Shown piece by piece: positions 21,905 to 31,184 of a stretch of DNA of 39,454 nt. A program made the position numbers and the translations under genes. Positions within the stretch are counted from its first letter, which is position 1, and every line of letters starts with the position of its first letter. Below the pieces are notes generated by a model. The model made no database searches. It was not told where the DNA came from and worked only from the letters and a program-made list of their open reading frames with translations. Location: positions 1 to 39,454 of the forward strand of contig JAZKEA010000338.1 of NCBI GenBank assembly GCA_040387315.1, in the 5' to 3' direction. The stretch comes from Armatimonadota bacterium. Lineage in GTDB: Bacteria > Armatimonadota > Armatimonadia > Armatimonadales > Armatimonadaceae.

Positions 21905-22738
21905 CTAGAAATCTGCCGAGGCTCGCTCGGAATAATTGCCTTCAGGATCAGTAACCGAATCTAAAGCTTTTCCAAAGTCATGCTTCTGGCAGGGGCTCCT
22001 AATCACGCTAAGACGAATCTTTACCAGAGTCCAGGCTGCTATCATGCCATCAACCCAGGTGATCTTTTTCCCTTCGGAGCGCGTTCTTGGTAAATACCGG
22101 ATGGGTACTTCCGCTATCGTCAGGTTGTTGAGGATTATCAGCGCAGTCACTTCCGGATCAAAGTCGAAGTGCTGACAATTCAACTTCAATCCCTTGAGAA
22201 AGGGCGTCTCAAACGCTTTGTAGCACGTCGCCTCATCGGTTATCTTTACGCCGTAGAGCACCCGGACAAGCCACACCAACAAACGGTTCGCCAGAAGGCT
22301 GAGCAGTGGCATGTCCGGCCGACCCTCCAGAAAGCGAGACCCGAACACCACATCAATGCCCTCGGTGCGCAGCTTACCAATGATGGGGACGTAGTCCATT
22401 GGATTCAGTTCTAGATCCGCATCCTGAATGATCGTGTATTTGCCGCGCGCGTGCGGGATCGCCGTGCGTATTGCAGCCCCTTTCCCCCTATTGCGCTTGT
22501 GCGAAAAGACTCGCAGGGATCGGCCCGCCAGTTTCTCTGCCTTTTGAAGAATCGCGTAAGAACCGTCCGTCGAACCATCATCGACGACTATTATTTCCAG
22601 GTCGATAGGTACGGATAAGACCCGCGTGAGGACTTCCTCAACAGTGGAAGCTTCGTTGAAGACGGGAATAAGCACGGATAACTCCGGGGAGAAGGAACCC
22701 CGAGCAATGAGCTTTGAAGGCAGTGGGAGGCCACACAT
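21905..22738 (-). CDS. Family 2 glycosyltransferase (polyprenyl-phosphate sugar transferase type)
   Basis: LSVLIPVFNEASTVEEVL…IIVVDDGSTDGS…KRNRGKGAAIRTAI…YTIIQDADLE is the classic GT2 N-terminal signature, including DxD. Confidence 0.85.
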   Translation of the reverse strand: MCGLPLPSKLIARGSFSPELSVLIPVFNEASTVEEVLTRVLSVPIDLEIIVVDDGSTDGSYAILQKAEKLAGRSLRVFSHKRNRGKGAAIRTAIPHARGKYTIIQDADLELNPMDYVPIIGKLRTEGIDVVFGSRFLEGRPDMPLLSLLANRLLVWLVRVLYGVKITDEATCYKAFETPFLKGLKLNCQHFDFDPEVTALIILNNLTIAEVPIRYLPRTRSEGKKITWVDGMIAAWTLVKIRLSVIRSPCQKHDFGKALDSVTDPEGNYSERASADF

Positions 22739-22918
22739 AACAATACTCCTCCTGACGCCATCGACGAGAGCGATGGCAATCCTACAGTCCTGGTGAGTCC
22801 CGCGTATACTTTACACATCTAGACATTCCGCATACTCAGTAAGGTCTCTGTTTCGTGGCGATATTTGGCTGCTGAGCCTTGGCTTCATGGGCTATAAAGC
22901 GCCGCCAAATCTCTCACT

Positions 22919-24628
22919 CTATCTGTAGGAAAATGCCTTTTCTTCCTGCGGAACAGGGTTACTTACGCCTCCGTCTGCAAAAAAGATGGCATCATCGCCA
23001 TCGGAATAAACCATGGGCATGTGCAGGTCCGATTGCAGTAGAGTGAATAATCCGGGGTTCTGTTTCCTCTGTACGAAGACATAGGAGGCATGGAAGTCGT
23101 GCTGCAGAACCCTTGGGATGTCTTGTAGCTGATGATTATCAACGGGTAAAGTCGCCCTGTTTCCTGCCGCCGACTGTTGCAATTTATACAAACTTCGCAT
23201 AAAGCCGTACAGATGGGGGTCATAGGAGTAGAGGAAGATAGGATCGAATCCTCCCGGGTACCGGTTGTGTTTATTCCAAAAAAATAGTTCGTGAAACTGA
23301 GACCAGTCCGCGTGATAGACGAGGCTGCCCGCAGGCGTGTTCTCCTGCAGCCATTTTGTAGACCTCGCCATTCGATAGGGCGGAATGCCCGACCGCTGCA
23401 TCGAGATGGTTACGCGTGGCCACGTATAGGCCGCGGAGAGTATTAGCAGAAAAATCATCAGGGCGGGAACATCCAGCCGGACCAGCAACGCTTTGTGTGC
23501 AATGAGCGACTTTAAGTGGGGGTTCTCCCTGATAAAATCACGAACCACAAGGGCCATGAAGTAAACGGCAAACACCGCCCATAGATCGGTCCCGCGGGCG
23601 GATTGGAAAACCGACAAGGCACTGAAAAACACGCTCAGCGTGAGGGCAGTTTGCTTGAGGGTAGTTTCTCTAAGTGCTGGCGGAGCACCGCTGTCTTTTC
23701 TCTTCGGTTGCCGCTGCTGTGTCCGGTGTATCCTGTATATCCGCTGCATCCAAAACAATCCGATGACGCAAAACCATAAGAAGAACAGCGGTCCGAACTT
23801 CGTAACGAACGGCATCAGTCCGAGCGGCCCGAGTTCGCCTGGGGTATCTACTGGCTGACGCGTCAGATGGGCAATGGCAAGGCCCGCGCTTTGAACATAT
23901 AAGGAACGTATTGCGCCGATGGGATTTGGATGGAGCGCAATACCCGCTGCGACTCCCAGCACCGAGGCTTCCAGCGGCTTCAGGCGCCACTTTCTGGTTT
24001 GCAGATATTCCATGAATAGAAAGACGCCCGTAATCAGAGGGCATATCCAAAAAATGGTCTCGTGAACGAAGGTCAAGGCAAGCGTACAAAGGAACACATA
24101 CCGCAGCTTTCCTTTTCCTAAGAAAGAAAGGAGCAGGGCACATAGCCCCATCGAAATGACCTGCGGCCGTATCATGAGACATCTATAGGTTTCCGAGGGC
24201 GCGGAAACAAAGAGCAGGAGAGGCCACAAGTAAGGAAGCGGTACCTTTTCTCGATGCATTGCCCAGGCAAAGAGAACCATCATGAGCACGGGAAGAAAAA
24301 CGCCGCAAAGCTTCATTCCTGCTACGGCGTCGCTTGTGCTGGCTAGGGGCAGCAACAAACAGTGGAAACCATACCAGAGATCGGCGTTGTTGGTGCGAAG
24401 GACGGAATAAGCAGCCCACGGGAACGATTGATCCAGAATCCCCCGTTGTGCATACAGCTGGGCATGGGCAAAATGATAGAACGAGTCACGACCTGCAATA
24501 TTGGGCGATACGCCTTGAAACGTGTCAGCAATAGAATGAGCTGAAAGAAGGAATATTAGAAACGCACAGCTTCGTAGAGTTCGTCGGTTTCTGAGTTGAG
24601 AAAATTCATTTTGGTAGTGGATCTTCAT
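22919..24628 (-). CDS. Large polytopic membrane protein, probable GT-C-type (ArnT/PMT-like) glycosyltransferase
   Basis: A 569-aa protein with more than ten hydrophobic segments followed by a soluble C-terminal region. It sits directly upstream of a GT2 gene, the common lipid-carrier GT2 plus GT-C pairing. The family is inferred from architecture only. Confidence 0.55.
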   Translation of the reverse strand: MKIHYQNEFSQLRNRRTLRSCAFLIFLLSAHSIADTFQGVSPNIAGRDSFYHFAHAQLYAQRGILDQSFPWAAYSVLRTNNADLWYGFHCLLLPLASTSDAVAGMKLCGVFLPVLMMVLFAWAMHREKVPLPYLWPLLLFVSAPSETYRCLMIRPQVISMGLCALLLSFLGKGKLRYVFLCTLALTFVHETIFWICPLITGVFLFMEYLQTRKWRLKPLEASVLGVAAGIALHPNPIGAIRSLYVQSAGLAIAHLTRQPVDTPGELGPLGLMPFVTKFGPLFFLWFCVIGLFWMQRIYRIHRTQQRQPKRKDSGAPPALRETTLKQTALTLSVFFSALSVFQSARGTDLWAVFAVYFMALVVRDFIRENPHLKSLIAHKALLVRLDVPALMIFLLILSAAYTWPRVTISMQRSGIPPYRMARSTKWLQENTPAGSLVYHADWSQFHELFFWNKHNRYPGGFDPIFLYSYDPHLYGFMRSLYKLQQSAAGNRATLPVDNHQLQDIPRVLQHDFHASYVFVQRKQNPGLFTLLQSDLHMPMVYSDGDDAIFFADGGVSNPVPQEEKAFSYR

Positions 24629-25107
24629 ATTTTTGCAAAAGAGGCTGTAATTTTATACTGTCGGGTGTTTCAGAGTAGGCGCGTGTTCCACTTCAATCTT
24701 CCCCAAATAGGTAACCTTTGCTTTCGCTACTAATACTGCAAAAACACTGTTTATTAAAAGCGCAGAACTTGGGCGCACACCAATTCCCTCACGAAACAGG
24801 CTCTTAATAGCTTTACAAGAACAATGCGCCAAAGGAGGTTGATTTGCACTGGTTAACGTGTTAGCCGCATCCTTGAAGTTAGCAGACTCAGTTTATTTGT
24901 GACCGCAGTGTCAGGTATAGAGAAGCAAAAGACTATTCGTCATCGTCAACATCCGTGGGATACGGTTTGCGGGATTGGGAAGAAACACAAGCCTTCATGC
25001 CCTGATTTTTCGGTTTGGCACCATTGTCAGCAAAATGCATAACACGCTGAACCGCAACCTTAATAAGCCCATGGCCAACTCTAGATCCATCTACGCTGAA
25101 CATTGTG

Positions 25108-25611
25108 TTAAATATCAGATAAACGTGCTCGGGTCTTATCCAAATAGTCCTTCCAGTTCTCCATCATCTTGTTTTGGTTCTCAGATAATGTGTGCGATGT
25201 AGTGTCATAACCGTTACTTGGCCCCATAAAGTTTACGAACGCAACAATTTCTTCTGGATAGTCAAAATTGGCATATACCTCCTCTACTTTTCGCAGTGAA
25301 CCTTCTATCGAATCTTGGTTTTCATACAGCCATAACAACGTAAGAAATAACCATTTTTCTTTGCTAACGAGCTTTGGGATAGCTTCCTTTCTCGATAACT
25401 CTTCGATTATTTGCCCCACCTTCCAATCTTGGTCCTTTTGAACCCCAGCGAGTTCAAATTCGAGCAGATCGAATGATGTATCAGTCTTAAGCCTCACATT
25501 CGCTATCTCAATAGGCACTCTCCAACCAATGAGTTGTTTTTCGTAGCCCCAGAGTACATCTGACCAGGTGAGTGGGATATTTTTTGTTATAAAGTCGGTT
25601 GAATACGTCAT
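25108..25611 (-). CDS. Putative immunity protein of the C39-RHS toxin (DUF2247-like pattern)
   Basis: Its ATG overlaps the toxin stop (ATGA at 25608-25611). It is visibly AT-rich. …KEKWLFLTLLWLYENQDSIEGSLRKVEEVYANFDYPEEIVAFVNFM… recalls, from memory, DUF2247-type proteins found next to polymorphic toxins. Confidence 0.65.
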   Translation of the reverse strand: MTYSTDFITKNIPLTWSDVLWGYEKQLIGWRVPIEIANVRLKTDTSFDLLEFELAGVQKDQDWKVGQIIEELSRKEAIPKLVSKEKWLFLTLLWLYENQDSIEGSLRKVEEVYANFDYPEEIVAFVNFMGPSNGYDTTSHTLSENQNKMMENWKDYLDKTRARLSDI

Positions 25612-28600
25612 CTTCTTGGTTTTTGGTTCGGACTTCCGGAAACGATTCCCCCAGGTATAAATATTTGGTGCGTCAAGTCGCCATTCGAATCGACAATATA
25701 TTCATATATTCCTGTTTTGTCATTTAATCCACCGGGTATTTGAGTCAACGTTACATCTGTACCATCTCCATTTCTCCAAGGAAAATGTTGCCCATTTTCT
25801 GCAGCCTCGCCACGCATGAAGGTTGATGCCCTATGAAATGTATCGTCTTTGAGAGCAGATCCTTTAGGTTCGGCGCTCAGAAGAGCTAAACCCTGAGGGG
25901 GGCAATTTATATTAGGCCCAGAAGAAGCAGGCGAGGGAGCCGGCCTAGGTCCGGGAGGGGGAAACATACCGGGGCTGGGTATGTATGAAAAACCTCTCCC
26001 ACCGCTACTTCCACTAGGGGCACCGCCAACCCAACCACTGCCCGTGCTGCCAGCATCAGGAGTTTGCCCCGGTGGAATTCCGTTTCCGTTCGAATTTGAC
26101 GAATTATCATTCTCGTCCGGAACTCCGACAGGCGCATCCGGGCCTTTGTTTTCGTCCTCAGTACCTGTCCAGTCACTTCTATTAACAGCGTTGTTCTGGC
26201 AGTAACTATAGAGATTGATACCGCCGCTGTAACCAATAGGATCTCGGTTCAACCATCTACCGGTTCCGGGATCGTAGTAACGGAGGGTGCAGAGAATAAG
26301 TCCCGTTTCGTGGTCCCTATAGTAACCGGACTGTGCCCCAAATCCAGAGTAAGGGTCATTGGTCGCACTACTCGAAACCGTCACCCCAAAGGCGTCGGAG
26401 ATGTGGCTGGTGATCACACCGCCGGAACTATTGAGTCTCTGGGTTGTGTTGCCGCGCTCGTCGAAGGTATAGAAAACAGAGGCACTGCTACTCCGGCGCG
26501 AGATGAGTCCATTTGCCCCAAACGTGTTGACCGCCGATACACTGCCGCTGCCGTCAAGTTCTACGATAGGCCTCCCAGAGTCGTAGAGGAAGTAGGTCCG
26601 GTTGCTGGAAGCGTCTTGCTTCCAGGCTCTGACACCTTCAATCGTATAGTCGGCTGCCAGGGCACTGCCAAATGTGGTGGCTTTGTCGTTTTCGTCGAAA
26701 GCCAGGCTCGTGCCAGCGTACGTTGTTGGGTTGCCGTTCCCGTCGTAGACGTAACTGCTTCCGCTCGTTAGCTGATTCTTGCTGTTGTAGGAGCGGCCCA
26801 CCCCCTTGAACGTCGTCGGATTGCCTGCAGAGTCATAACCAAATCCGAACGTGTAACCGCTGTTTCGTGTGCTTGTCTCACCCGTTAGCTGATCCTTGAT
26901 GTCATAGCTATAGCCCGTGGTACCCGAGAGAGCAGAGACCGAGGGAACGCTCGCCGCGACACTGAGTCGGTTGCCGACGCCATCGTGGGTAATGCTGCCG
27001 AACTGCGAAAGCGTCGTGCTGCCCAGGGAATTCAACAGGTCCGTGGTCTGGCCGAGAGCGTTGTAGGTGTAGGCAGACACGACCCCATTTGCCATGACCT
27101 GCGCCGATAGCCAGTTATTGTTGGCGTAGCTCCAGCTGGTGGTCTCGCTGAAGGGGTTGGTCAGACTCGCGGGTCGACCTGCCGCATCAAAGGAGTAAGA
27201 GAATGACCCGCCCGGCGTGGTCATACCGGACCGGCTGCCGTTAGCATAGTAACTGTAGCTAATTGTCTGCGATGACAAGCCGGTATACGTCGTAGACCTG
27301 GTCAGGAGTTGATCCAGGTTACCGTAGGTGTAACTCTCACTGCCGGTCCCATCGGTTTTGCTGGTGCGCCTTCCGTAGCCGTCGTAGCTGAACTGAGCGT
27401 TGCGTGCTGTATGAGCCGGGTACTTGATGTCGGTCAGTGCACCGGCCGAGTCGTTGTACTCGTAGTTAGTGACGACTCCCCGACCATCGATTCTCTGAAG
27501 CAGATGTCCGGCAACGTCGTAGGAGGTGAACTGCGTTGTGTCACTGCCCGGCAGCACGATGCTCGATACATACCCCGCCGTGTTGTAGTTGTAGGTGGTG
27601 ACGTTGCTGTTGCCGTCCGCGAGCGTCTTGACGCGGTACAGGGCGTCATAGGTGTTGGTTACGGGTTCAGTGCTGCCGGTCGTGGTCAGCATTTCCCCTT
27701 CCAGCCCGTAGGTATAACTGACCTGGCGAATCTGTGCGCCATTTTCGTCGTAAAGACGGGTGCTGCTGAGCGGGCCACCGGGATACTGATAAACATTAGA
27801 CAGAGAGGAATTTCCCGTGCCTGTCTGCCCTGTGGCAGGAGAGAGTACCGTCAGGAGTTGATCCGCAATGTTGTATGTCGTGCTGGTTGTATTTCCGAGA
27901 GCGTCCCAGGCAACCGTCATCATCCCTCGATTACTGTACCGGGCATGGGATGTGTGACCCAGACTATCGGTAACCGTAAGCGGTCTTCCGATGGCAGCAC
28001 TCTGGGAATAGGTTCCGTCGGTGGTGTAGTTGAACGTCGTCGTGATCGTCGAGGCGGCGTTGTTGCCGGGCCCGGTGGCGGTCAGGACATTCCCGAGCGA
28101 ATCGTAGGTGAATGAGGCGGAAACAGTGCCAGAACCCGTGGGAGAGGGACCGGTTGCGGTGTTAAGTAGGCCGCTTGGTTCAAAGTAGGTGTAGGTTGTC
28201 GAGGGCTTGGTTCCCTGTTCCACCTCGGTCAGGCGTCCAAGCGCGAAGTTGGTATAGTCCCAGGTATAGGTCGTGAGCAATCCCCGGGTACTGGTAGATG
28301 AAAGAGGGTTCCCGAAAGAATCCCAGGTGTAGTAAGCTGTGCGACTCTGACTGTCGGTAACACTCGAAGGCTTAAACGGCGTGTTTGGATCACCATATGT
28401 TTTGGTATAGAGAACGTTGTTGTTGCCGTCAGTCTTAGAGACAGCGCTCATCTCGTTATTGAACTGTCCGGTATAACTAAACTCGACCTGTGACTGCGGG
28501 TTGGTAACCGTGACTTTCGTGTGGGTTCCGTTGACGACAGTAAAGGTATGCGTGTTACCGTTGGCATCGACAAGGCTGGTGACGTAGAGGGATGACGGGT

Positions 28601-30947
28601 CGTAGTTGATGGTTGAGCTACTGGTACCGGTTCCTGTGGGAGATGGAACGGTGATGGTATGCAAGAAAGGAGCCAGCGTTCCGTCGCCGTCGTAGACTAA
28701 CGATTGGTAACCGAATGTAAAGCGGGCGGGCGGATTCGTAGTTCCGGTGGGGACGATCTGAGAAACTTGGGTCAAACATGCGATAGAGGTATCCGTTTCA
28801 TAGTACACACTGCGGTTATAGCGATCCTCTACACTGGTTACATTGCTCTCAAAAGGACCGGATGCTCTGTTCACCGTTAAGAGCACCTGGTTCGCGTCAT
28901 CGGTGATCGTTCCTAAGACAGAATCAAAGACGATAGAGGTGACGTAGTTAAAGTTGATTCCCTGGCCCGTTCGGTTTTCTATACGATTCAGTGCATAAAG
29001 ACTCGAGTTTGTTGGAGTGTTATAGGTAAGATTCTTGGCTAGTTTCCACTTCGTGCCATCCTTCCACGTGACCAGAAAATAGTAATTTCCGGTCGCGCTG
29101 CTGTTCAGGTTTGGATCATATCCCCAGTCAATTGTGCAGGGAGCCCCCGCCTGAACAGAGCAATGAACCAGCGGCACGGAACTTGTGGGCGCACTTGATG
29201 AATAGAATGGTATGCCTGCACCGTTAGCGAGACTCAGGGACAGTTGTGACACGCCAGTTGTCGGGTTTTTCACCCGGTAAACGCAAACGTTGTAATTGTT
29301 TGACCAGCCTCTTCCAAAGTCTGACTTCACGTAGAATGAGGTCGGGCCGCCACTCGAAGTCGTCTCACGAGGCGCCCGCAGGCTGTTGTAGATTCGTTGC
29401 CACACAACAGCCGGGCCATTGGGGTTGTAAACTACGAGATCTGGCTCTGGCGTGTATTCCTCTTCCAACGTTGCAAGGTTAACCGGATCGCCGCACGCGG
29501 GGCCTCCGGGTAACCCCCCGAGGTTGTTGAGCAGGCATTCGATAAAACCTGCGCAGTGGAGCGAGAAGGTAAGTCCGCAACCAATACCGGGGAAATTGAA
29601 CCCGCTACCTGCCATCACTACATGCTGTGCAATCGCGGCGACCGCTGAGTCTATCCCATTGCCAAGCGGTCCGACAGGGGCAGAGGACGCCACCTGAATG
29701 CCTCTCTTAAGCCTCGTTGCGAGTGCGGTTTTTTCTGTGGAATTTGCCGCTAGTGCCAGTGCCTTGGTGAGCAAGGCATCGTCGCTGCTCCCTTTTTTCA
29801 CAACAGAAAGATAAAGGCGTGGTTCCATTTTGTGCCACTGTTTCCAGGTGAGTTTCACCTCGCCGCCGGGCCATTCCCCGCAGTCCGAACAGACGTAGGT
29901 AACGCCCAGGTTGTCTGCCCTGGTTACCGCGACAAAGTGATCGTGCTCAACGTAGGCCACGGCGGGAAGCGGAAGCGCCTTCAGTCCGGCATCGTCCGCG
30001 GAAACCACACGCCCGGTGACCCAGCGACCGCCCCCCAGCTTGTCACAGGCACTCATGAGGTCCTGCATGTTGCTGCCAAGACCGGTTACACGCGTGCTGG
30101 CAAGAAGTACCTTTTTGTCGTAAGGAAATTTCAGCGCCTTCAGACAGACTGCGAGCCCCGCTGCGCCGCATTCTGGGTCTAGTTTGGGAGGCTCGGGAAT
30201 GCCGAATTTGCTACGCTCTTCATGGTAGCCCGAACAGGCGAGGGCATGGCGCAGGAAGAGCGCACACTCCGCAGGGCTGTAGCCTGTGACACCTCTTTTT
30301 TGGCGAGTGTACAACAGAGATTTGAACTCAGCGGCCGCCTGCCTGTAGGCACCTTGGCGGAAATGCGTGACCGCGATCTCGTACAGAGCAAGGCCGTGTT
30401 GCGGGGAAGTAACGGGAGCGAGGTGCGCGGCTGTGCGGAAGTGGTAGAGCGCGGCACCAGGTTCCTCGTGCCCGGCAAGTTCCCACTCCCCGAGGCGAAG
30501 GTGGAGGCGAGCCGCCTGCAGACCTGGCGCCTTTCCAGCGTGAAGCTCGGCTTTCCACGCAGCTATCTGAGTTCCGGAAACAGATTCGGCAAGATGTCCC
30601 ACCTCATCCAGCAGAGAGCGATTAGAGGAATCAGGAACTTTTTGAAGGCGCGGCGCGGCCTGCGGTAAAGCCGATGAAGTCGCGGCTGAAGGTGCAACAG
30701 ATCGGCGTTCAGGGGACGTCGTCTTCGCAACAGGTCGAATCAACGCAGAATTCGGTGCAGCGGTCGGTCGATCTGGGGCCTGTGTTCGCGCGAGGAATGG
30801 TACCTGTGCAGCCATTCCGGGAAGACCCCGCAACGTCGCGAATGCCATGATAAGAAGTGGAGCCGTGAGCCAAGCGAGGCGGCGTTGACTCCGCAAACGA
30901 TTCTCGGGCGAATGCGCAGCTTCGTCTGAAAAAGAGGGCCTTCTCAT
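25608..30947 (-). CDS. Giant RHS/YD-repeat polymorphic toxin with an N-terminal signal peptide, TPR-like helices and a C39-like peptidase domain
   Basis: The signal/anchor is RRLAWLTAPLLIMAFATL. The C39-like block is PECGAAGLAVCLKALKF…LPAVAYVEHDHFVAVTRAD…LTWKQWHKM. A long run of YD repeats follows. The RHS core end reads LRYYDPGTGRWLNRDPIGYSGGINLYSYCQNNAVNRSDWTG. Then come a Gly/Ser/Pro/Asn linker and a ~95-aa C-terminal domain. Confidence 0.9.
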   Translation of the reverse strand: MRRPSFSDEAAHSPENRLRSQRRLAWLTAPLLIMAFATLRGLPGMAAQVPFLARTQAPDRPTAAPNSALIRPVAKTTSPERRSVAPSAATSSALPQAAPRLQKVPDSSNRSLLDEVGHLAESVSGTQIAAWKAELHAGKAPGLQAARLHLRLGEWELAGHEEPGAALYHFRTAAHLAPVTSPQHGLALYEIAVTHFRQGAYRQAAAEFKSLLYTRQKRGVTGYSPAECALFLRHALACSGYHEERSKFGIPEPPKLDPECGAAGLAVCLKALKFPYDKKVLLASTRVTGLGSNMQDLMSACDKLGGGRWVTGRVVSADDAGLKALPLPAVAYVEHDHFVAVTRADNLGVTYVCSDCGEWPGGEVKLTWKQWHKMEPRLYLSVVKKGSSDDALLTKALALAANSTEKTALATRLKRGIQVASSAPVGPLGNGIDSAVAAIAQHVVMAGSGFNFPGIGCGLTFSLHCAGFIECLLNNLGGLPGGPACGDPVNLATLEEEYTPEPDLVVYNPNGPAVVWQRIYNSLRAPRETTSSGGPTSFYVKSDFGRGWSNNYNVCVYRVKNPTTGVSQLSLSLANGAGIPFYSSSAPTSSVPLVHCSVQAGAPCTIDWGYDPNLNSSATGNYYFLVTWKDGTKWKLAKNLTYNTPTNSSLYALNRIENRTGQGINFNYVTSIVFDSVLGTITDDANQVLLTVNRASGPFESNVTSVEDRYNRSVYYETDTSIACLTQVSQIVPTGTTNPPARFTFGYQSLVYDGDGTLAPFLHTITVPSPTGTGTSSSTINYDPSSLYVTSLVDANGNTHTFTVVNGTHTKVTVTNPQSQVEFSYTGQFNNEMSAVSKTDGNNNVLYTKTYGDPNTPFKPSSVTDSQSRTAYYTWDSFGNPLSSTSTRGLLTTYTWDYTNFALGRLTEVEQGTKPSTTYTYFEPSGLLNTATGPSPTGSGTVSASFTYDSLGNVLTATGPGNNAASTITTTFNYTTDGTYSQSAAIGRPLTVTDSLGHTSHARYSNRGMMTVAWDALGNTTSTTYNIADQLLTVLSPATGQTGTGNSSLSNVYQYPGGPLSSTRLYDENGAQIRQVSYTYGLEGEMLTTTGSTEPVTNTYDALYRVKTLADGNSNVTTYNYNTAGYVSSIVLPGSDTTQFTSYDVAGHLLQRIDGRGVVTNYEYNDSAGALTDIKYPAHTARNAQFSYDGYGRRTSKTDGTGSESYTYGNLDQLLTRSTTYTGLSSQTISYSYYANGSRSGMTTPGGSFSYSFDAAGRPASLTNPFSETTSWSYANNNWLSAQVMANGVVSAYTYNALGQTTDLLNSLGSTTLSQFGSITHDGVGNRLSVAASVPSVSALSGTTGYSYDIKDQLTGETSTRNSGYTFGFGYDSAGNPTTFKGVGRSYNSKNQLTSGSSYVYDGNGNPTTYAGTSLAFDENDKATTFGSALAADYTIEGVRAWKQDASSNRTYFLYDSGRPIVELDGSGSVSAVNTFGANGLISRRSSSASVFYTFDERGNTTQRLNSSGGVITSHISDAFGVTVSSSATNDPYSGFGAQSGYYRDHETGLILCTLRYYDPGTGRWLNRDPIGYSGGINLYSYCQNNAVNRSDWTGTEDENKGPDAPVGVPDENDNSSNSNGNGIPPGQTPDAGSTGSGWVGGAPSGSSGGRGFSYIPSPGMFPPPGPRPAPSPASSGPNINCPPQGLALLSAEPKGSALKDDTFHRASTFMRGEAAENGQHFPWRNGDGTDVTLTQIPGGLNDKTGIYEYIVDSNGDLTHQIFIPGGIVSGSPNQKPRR

Positions 30948-31184
30948 CTATCGTACCTTTCCGGCGCAACGCCGATGCCGATGTATGACCGAAACGACGG
31001 TATTGCGACGCCGGGCTTATGCGCGAGGAGCGCATGCCGAGAACGGTCTCGGCACCTGTTTCAGCGAAGTGGCTGCATCATACAATAAAAGGGGGCTCTT
31101 CAACTCATACTAAAGAATGAATTCTTATAGCTGACTTCTTTTTTTGCACCAGGTAGATTAGCTACGGAATAGCTATCTGAGTTT

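Noticed and set aside
27309-28115. 268-aa plus-strand ORF inside RHS-2
   Set aside because: It is antisense to an unbroken YD-repeat frame. The Val/Gly-rich shadow comes from the repeat codons.
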